From positions 32,001 to 96,000 of the IMG/VR virus record IMGVR_UViG_3300025840_000015: 64,000 nucleotides of DNA; one strand, given 5' to 3'. The notes under the pieces are model-generated. The model saw only the letters and a program-made list of their open reading frames with translations, was not told the DNA's origin and searched no databases. The stretch is from a virus. Shown here piece by piece: positions 58,442 to 64,000 of this stretch. Each line of letters starts with the position of its first letter. Position 1 is the stretch's first letter. Both the position numbers and the translations under genes were made by a program.

Positions 58442-59080
58442 TTATGGATTAAAAATTGGAACTCCTTCATCAAGAATAAACATAAATGCAGTAGAAATTC
58501 CAGCTGGTCCATCTCCAGTAAAATCAGGTTCTCCTGGGGGTATATCACCAACTTGTGGAATCCATCTTATTCCACCAGCATCTCTTGAGAGTATATATGT
58601 CAATTTTCCAGGAGAATTTGCAGAGTCATATATTTGAGCATCAATTTTAACACTTCCGGCAACATCAAGTCTTTGCTCTGGAATATAACTACCTATACCT
58701 ATACTTTCAGTGGTTACTATAACTCCATTTACGTCTAAAGGTTGTTTTGGTTGAGTGCTGGCAATACCAACTCTACCATCAGCAGTATCTATTCTGAATA
58801 CTTCTCCACCGGTCTCCGGCCTACCAACATAAAATCTTTCAGTTACTGTTAATGTATCATAAAAATATGAAGGTCCAAAAAATCTTGAAGTTCCATAAAC
58901 ATCAAGATCATTTAAAGAAAGTTTATCATATTTGAAATAGTCAAATTTTAATTCACCATGAATTGTCACATTTTTATAGAAAATTACATCTCTATTAAAA
59001 TGTGCCTCCTGACCATAAAATTCAGCATCAGAAGCTGGTGTTTTAAAATTTTGTGCGTCCCAAGTAGAGCTAACTATCAT
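58442..59080 (-). CDS. tail/spike-associated structural protein
   Basis: VGIAS.QP...LDV.G repeats; QIYDSANSPG module shared with the fibres. Confidence 0.7.
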   Translation of the reverse strand: MIVSSTWDAQNFKTPASDAEFYGQEAHFNRDVIFYKNVTIHGELKFDYFKYDKLSLNDLDVYGTSRFFGPSYFYDTLTVTERFYVGRPETGGEVFRIDTADGRVGIASTQPKQPLDVNGVIVTTESIGIGSYIPEQRLDVAGSVKIDAQIYDSANSPGKLTYILSRDAGGIRWIPQVGDIPPGEPDFTGDGPAGISTAFMFILDEGVPIFNP

Positions 59081-59094
59081 TTTTTTTTCTCCTA

Positions 59095-60198
59095 TTAACC
59101 TACAATATCCCCAAGAATATCACCAATTGTTCCACCAGTGCTTCCTCCAATCAACCCCCCAACATCACCCAAAACACCACCAAAATCACCATCTAATACA
59201 CCTTCAATAATATTTCCAGTGTCACTTCCCAACACTCCACTTACGGCATTAGTGACTGCACCTTGAATATCTCCGGATAAAACACCACCGGCAATATCCC
59301 CAACTACACCACCAAGTCCACCACCCAAAACACCACCTGCAATATCTCCGATAGCACCACCGATTCCACCTCCACCTAATAATCCACCTGCAACATCGCC
59401 AATAGCACCACCGATTCCACCTCCACCTAATAATCCACCAGCAACATCTCCGATGGCACCACCGATTCCACCTCCACCTAATAATCCACCAGCAACATTA
59501 CCAATAGCACCACCAATTCCGCCACCACCTAATAATCCACCAGCAACATTACCAACTACACTACCAAGTCCACCTCCACCTAATAATCCACCAGCAACAG
59601 TGCCAAGAAGACCTCCACCAGGAATAACCTTATCAACTACATTATTGACAACATTGCTAACTATTCCTCCAGTAATGTTGTCAATGAAATCAATACCAAT
59701 AAAACTTCCAGCAAATGCCAATTTCGTAAAATCTTTTCCGAGTTGAGATATTAAGTTTCCAGAACTTCCCTCAATGTCAACTCTTCCACCATCAAGCATA
59801 ATTCTACCACCACCGGTAACCAAATTTATATTTCTTCCCGCTTTAAAATGTATATCTTTTTCAGCATCTATAAGTATGTCGGTGGCATGAATTCTAACCA
59901 TGCCTTGAGATGCAGTAATAGATATATTTCCACTATTACCTACAATAACAATATCCTCTCTTCCCTGACGATTTTTAGCACCACCAGATATTTCGATAGT
60001 CCTGTCATTATAAATTGAGAATAATCCAGAACTACTCAAACTCATTGAATTTTGAGTATCTTTAGTGTTAGTTACTGCATATATCTTATAGATATCAGTT
60101 CCTGATTCACCCATTAATGTGGAAGCAGTATCAATCCTAAAATTTGGATTAAAACTAACTAATTGTCTCTTAAAAATATTTTTATTTCTTGCTGGCAT
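59095..60198 (-). CDS. gp5 C-terminal beta-helix-like protein with glycine-zipper tail
   Basis: alternating IxIxA beta pattern in the N-terminal half; GGLLGGGGIGGAIGDVA repeats; follows gp5. Confidence 0.6.
   Translation of the reverse strand: MPARNKNIFKRQLVSFNPNFRIDTASTLMGESGTDIYKIYAVTNTKDTQNSMSLSSSGLFSIYNDRTIEISGGAKNRQGREDIVIVGNSGNISITASQGMVRIHATDILIDAEKDIHFKAGRNINLVTGGGRIMLDGGRVDIEGSSGNLISQLGKDFTKLAFAGSFIGIDFIDNITGGIVSNVVNNVVDKVIPGGGLLGTVAGGLLGGGGLGSVVGNVAGGLLGGGGIGGAIGNVAGGLLGGGGIGGAIGDVAGGLLGGGGIGGAIGDVAGGLLGGGGIGGAIGDIAGGVLGGGLGGVVGDIAGGVLSGDIQGAVTNAVSGVLGSDTGNIIEGVLDGDFGGVLGDVGGLIGGSTGGTIGDILGDIVG
59341..59595 (-). repeat. 5 x 51-bp coding tandem repeat
   Basis: units at 59341, 59392, 59443, 59494, 59545. 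Confidence 0.9.
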
Positions 60199-60202
60199 AA
60201 TT

Positions 60203-62299
60203 TTATGTTGGGCAATCTATAGATGTTACTGATTTTTGCTTGAAGAGATTAGAATCTGTAGATTCTATAGAATTATCTCCAGTAATGGTGCTTACCTGAG
60301 AACTATCAATAGTATTTACTGATAGTTGTCCATCATCATCTGTGGTTACTATAAGTTCTCTTACTGAACCCAATATTGGTCTAACAACGGCACCAGAACC
60401 AGTATCCGACAATACCTCAATAAGTGGAAGTCCATCCACATTAGTATTATTTATTGGGTCAATCTGTGTTATACTTCCATCTTCATCTAAGACAAATGTA
60501 TAATCATTACCTAGATCATCAAATATTTCAGTATTATCGTAAGTATATCCAGAACCACCATCTTCAATGTATACACCTGTGATGGAATAATCAAAAATAC
60601 TTCCTACAGAATATCCCTCACCTTCAGAAACCATGTATATCTGATCAATTCTACCATCATCAGTAATAGTGCATCTTGCGACGGCACCATATCCTTGATC
60701 CATTTCATCACATATTTCAACAAATGGTGGATAATCATACCCAAATCCAGGATCTACAAGTTGAATTCCAATAATACTAGCTGTAATTTCGCCATCATTA
60801 TCAGCAACAACATTTCCAAATATAGGAACTGCTTTACCACCTTCACCATCTCCACCTCCACCAAAAATGCAGATTTGTGGTGGTGGAGCTGGTTTTATAT
60901 CATCAGTCTTACATTTTTTCTTCTTTCTCCTCCTTCTCCTTTTTTTCTTAATATCTTTAGTAATTTCTCTTATATTCTCAAAAGTTCCTTGCATACTCTT
61001 TTCAATAGTAGAAGTTGATCCAGAATATCCAACTCCAAGAATCCATTCATTCGCCATTCGCGAATAGGATTTGGCTGATTGATTTGTAAAGAATCCAATT
61101 CCAAATTCAGACAGCATTCCAATCGAATCTCTAAGAGTATCTCCAAGATTGAAATTTGTAAAGAACTGTAATATTTTGAAAATTGCATCCAATGGTCCTT
61201 TCAAAAATCTTTCACATAATGAAATAATATCATTTAAGAAGCTTGCGGTAAATTGATCTGCTGCACATGAAACAAATCTCTTATAATTCTTAAGAGCATC
61301 TTTAAGAATTTTAGAAACTTTATTCTTAACTTTATCAACAATCAGACCAACTATTTGACTGAATGATTCTTCAAGAAGTTTTACTGGATATACCATTACT
61401 TCCTGAGCAGCAACTCCGGCAAGATGAGCTGCTACAGGATTTCCAGTTGCGGCAAGAACTTTAGCAAAAACTAATTTGTATAGTAGATTTAATCCTTCTT
61501 TTATAAGTTTTATAAGACCACCAAATCCTGATTTATTTCCTTTAATTAAAAATCTGAATAAAGTTCCAACAATATCATTCGCCATGTTTGTAATTTTATC
61601 AATGGCTTGATTTATTGATTCCTTTACTTTTTTTCTATTACCTTTAAGTGTCTTTAATGTATCAATTAAATTCTGAACTACAGATTTTATTCTATCAAAT
61701 ATAGTATTTTTTACTGGATTTGCAAGAGCAACTTTTTTACCAACTGAAGAACTTGAACTAAAAACTTTTTGTTGTGCTTTTTTAGATACTCTATCTAATT
61801 TTTTTGGTTTTAATGTTTGAGGAGTTCTATTACTATTCTCCTTTGGTTCATTAGATTCTGGAAATGGAGTTGTTAATGAAGATTGTGGTATTGCTTTTGA
61901 AAAACCAGTAAATGGGACAAATGGGGAATCATACTTTTCAGAACCAACAGCATCTGTTCTTCCAAATGTTGCCATAATTACTGGAACTTGTGCATTATCT
62001 CCATCAAGGAAGAAACCAAACACCATATCTCCTGGTTGCAATTGCACACCAGTCATCACATTTGCTGCACCACTTCCTGCAGTTGTAGGAATTAAAACCT
62101 GTGCCCAAGGCAAATCTTCATTTGGGAGTTCATCTTCATTAAAGGGATGATATCCCATTATTCGAACTTTAAATCTGTTTCCCCATCCACCACCTTTAGT
62201 CTGCTTCTTCATGGATTCGAGTGGTGGAATTTGTCCTATCCACCAAACAAACCCATCTCTACCTACAAAATTATTTTGGATCGTTGATTGGTCTAACAT
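60203..62299 (-). CDS. gp5: baseplate hub/central spike gp5 (OB-fold N-terminus)
   Basis: GRDGFVWWIG, RFKVRIMGYH, DLPWA, VFGFFLDGDNAQVPVIM. Confidence 0.88.
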   Translation of the reverse strand: MLDQSTIQNNFVGRDGFVWWIGQIPPLESMKKQTKGGGWGNRFKVRIMGYHPFNEDELPNEDLPWAQVLIPTTAGSGAANVMTGVQLQPGDMVFGFFLDGDNAQVPVIMATFGRTDAVGSEKYDSPFVPFTGFSKAIPQSSLTTPFPESNEPKENSNRTPQTLKPKKLDRVSKKAQQKVFSSSSSVGKKVALANPVKNTIFDRIKSVVQNLIDTLKTLKGNRKKVKESINQAIDKITNMANDIVGTLFRFLIKGNKSGFGGLIKLIKEGLNLLYKLVFAKVLAATGNPVAAHLAGVAAQEVMVYPVKLLEESFSQIVGLIVDKVKNKVSKILKDALKNYKRFVSCAADQFTASFLNDIISLCERFLKGPLDAIFKILQFFTNFNLGDTLRDSIGMLSEFGIGFFTNQSAKSYSRMANEWILGVGYSGSTSTIEKSMQGTFENIREITKDIKKKRRRRRKKKKCKTDDIKPAPPPQICIFGGGGDGEGGKAVPIFGNVVADNDGEITASIIGIQLVDPGFGYDYPPFVEICDEMDQGYGAVARCTITDDGRIDQIYMVSEGEGYSVGSIFDYSITGVYIEDGGSGYTYDNTEIFDDLGNDYTFVLDEDGSITQIDPINNTNVDGLPLIEVLSDTGSGAVVRPILGSVRELIVTTDDDGQLSVNTIDSSQVSTITGDNSIESTDSNLFKQKSVTSIDCPT

Positions 62300-62313
62300 T
62301 TAATTAATCTTTG

Positions 62314-63612
62314 TTATCTTTTGATTTTACCGAATACATCTCTTATCAATTTTAAAGAAGTATATGAACTGTCACTATCAAAGTGATGACAAAGTTCTTT
62401 AATAATATATAGACCACTTTGCTCTCTATCATATTCTTTTTTGTCACCTGAAGTTAGCAATGGAAAATAGCATTCAATACAATCACCTGCCTTCAAATTA
62501 GTATTAGAAGAAATCATTATATTCATATCTTGAGTGAAGATAGTATTATATCTCATTATTGATTGTGACTGATATTCAGTTGGATCATTATTTTCTTTTT
62601 TAGATACATTTCTATCGAAAGTTCCAATATCTTTTATAAAAGTCATATTTCTTGATGGTATATCACCAAGAGTTATATCTGAATTTTGAGATATAATTGG
62701 CAACTTTAATTTTTTGGAGAATGAAGTGTCAGAAACTTTAAATAGTTTTCTTTTTATTGAAAAATCAGTTGGATCGAAGAAAGTATGTTGACTTGCGTAA
62801 CTACCTATTCTTAATTTTTCTATTAAATTTTGATTTCTATTGGTAAAATAATTCAATATTTTAAAATCATTATCTATCTTTCTTGCATTTTCATCAAAAT
62901 TATCAGAAACATCCTTAACATAATATTTTGCAGATGGACTTTGAGAAAATAGTCCATCTAAAGATCTAAATTGAAATCCATTCTTATCTTCATAAAAAAC
63001 AAATCCTGCTTTTGCACTTCCGGAATTTTCTGGAATTGATTTAGATGCCAGTGAAGTTAGAATAGTAAAAGGTTTTCTCATATTACCTATGAATCCATAA
63101 GTATTTTTTGTAGTATCAATTGTTCCTATTTTTTTAGTCTTTAGATAATCTTTGAGGATTATATTTACAGAATCACTTATCCTTAAGGAAGGTTTAAACT
63201 TTATAGGAACTCTCGATGTCTCATTAGTAATTGCTTCCCTAGAAGTTAAGTGTAAGGTAAAACTTTCCCTATCCCCATCAATTATTACATCAGTAATAGA
63301 AGAAACATAAAAATATTTTTCTGCAATTTTGGAAAAATCTAACCCAGGATTTCTATTAGAATTTCCCGCAATTTTAACTACAACTCTTTCACCTCCTCTT
63401 AATGGCAATCCATTATAAATTGATTGAATATCACCCCTTTGATCTTTTATTACATTTCCACCCGCAACTATTTTTAATTTTGCAGTTATAATTGGTGAAA
63501 ATATATCTTCAAAATATTCAAATGCTATAGCGCCTCTCCTTAGATCAACTGTTCTAAGACCATCATTAGATTCTATTGTTAATACTTTATATACCGATTT
63601 TTTAGTTGACAT
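62314..63612 (-). CDS. baseplate hub protein (gp27-like)
   Basis: YFEDIFSP, LPLRGGE, FYE...GF.F.S.D.L, SGLYIIKELCH...T.LKL.RD. Confidence 0.65.
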   Translation of the reverse strand: MSTKKSVYKVLTIESNDGLRTVDLRRGAIAFEYFEDIFSPIITAKLKIVAGGNVIKDQRGDIQSIYNGLPLRGGERVVVKIAGNSNRNPGLDFSKIAEKYFYVSSITDVIIDGDRESFTLHLTSREAITNETSRVPIKFKPSLRISDSVNIILKDYLKTKKIGTIDTTKNTYGFIGNMRKPFTILTSLASKSIPENSGSAKAGFVFYEDKNGFQFRSLDGLFSQSPSAKYYVKDVSDNFDENARKIDNDFKILNYFTNRNQNLIEKLRIGSYASQHTFFDPTDFSIKRKLFKVSDTSFSKKLKLPIISQNSDITLGDIPSRNMTFIKDIGTFDRNVSKKENNDPTEYQSQSIMRYNTIFTQDMNIMISSNTNLKAGDCIECYFPLLTSGDKKEYDREQSGLYIIKELCHHFDSDSSYTSLKLIRDVFGKIKR

Positions 63613-64000
63613 TATAGGAAAGATAAATCTGTTAAAAGTTTTTTCTTAATGAAGTTATTTAACATATTAAACTCAGAAACTACTGGTCTATAACCAGCGC
63701 CACCACCACCAGAAGATGCTCCAGAAGATGGTGCTGATGGTTTTGTATCATCAATCATGATAATTTCAGATCCTTTTCTTTCCGGAGTGCTTATTCTTTG
63801 CGCATTTGGTGGTTTTGGAGAAATTGCAGCATCTTTCTCTTTGCGTTCAACAGATCCTCCAGATACATTTGATCCGGATACGAGTGTAGATATGTAATTT
63901 TGAATTACAGAGTCTGGTGCTTGAATATGAACATGAGTTCCTTCTGGTCCTGGTGGGACTGTTCTTCCACTGTGTCCTTGCAATCCTAAAATACTACCAA
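63612..64000 (-). CDS. C-terminal part of an M23-peptidase-domain tail/baseplate protein (5' end outside window)
   Basis: frame stays open to the window edge: GSILGLQGHSG...GTHVH (M23 HxH). Confidence 0.6.
   Translation of the reverse strand, partial: GSILGLQGHSGRTVPPGPEGTHVHIQAPDSVIQNYISTLVSGSNVSGGSVERKEKDAAISPKPPNAQRISTPERKGSEIIMIDDTKPSAPSSGASSGGGGAGYRPVVSEFNMLNNFIKKKLLTDLSFL

Overview
64 kb segment of a T4-like cyanomyovirus (Kyanoviridae-type, probably infecting a Synechococcus/Cyanobium-like host). Almost everything is on the - strand. Two AT-rich late structural blocks flank the window. Left block (1-18.4 kb): VrlC-like (partial), gp8, a 4266-aa gp7, gp6 and gp25. Right block (38.6-64 kb): tail-fibre genes, a fibre chaperone, gp5-related spike genes, a hub protein and a partial M23-domain gene, with four tRNAs (2x Leu-UAA, 2x Ile-UAU). 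Between them lie speD, a glycosyltransferase, an AbrB-like gene, a visibly GC-richer early island (about 20.3-27.4 kb) built from promoter-hairpin-gene cassettes, and a run of small accessory genes (HExxH peptidase, 2OG-Fe(II) oxygenase, cp12, glutaredoxin-like, SF2 helicase). The most notable unexplained structures are: (i) five 22-bp tandem repeats plus an AT-rich tract at the strand-divergence point, directly upstream of a GIY-YIG/NUMOD1 protein that appears to have lost its catalytic Arg and Glu (candidate origin and initiator module); (ii) a structured ~60-75 nt antisense-strand RNA present in two covarying copies; (iii) a terminator-loop sequence complementary to the shared 5' leader of several early mRNAs; (iv) a recurring TCTCGWCGAGA operator-like palindrome; (v) a cluster of hyperacidic micro-proteins. 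All function calls come from motif recognition by eye; no searches were run.
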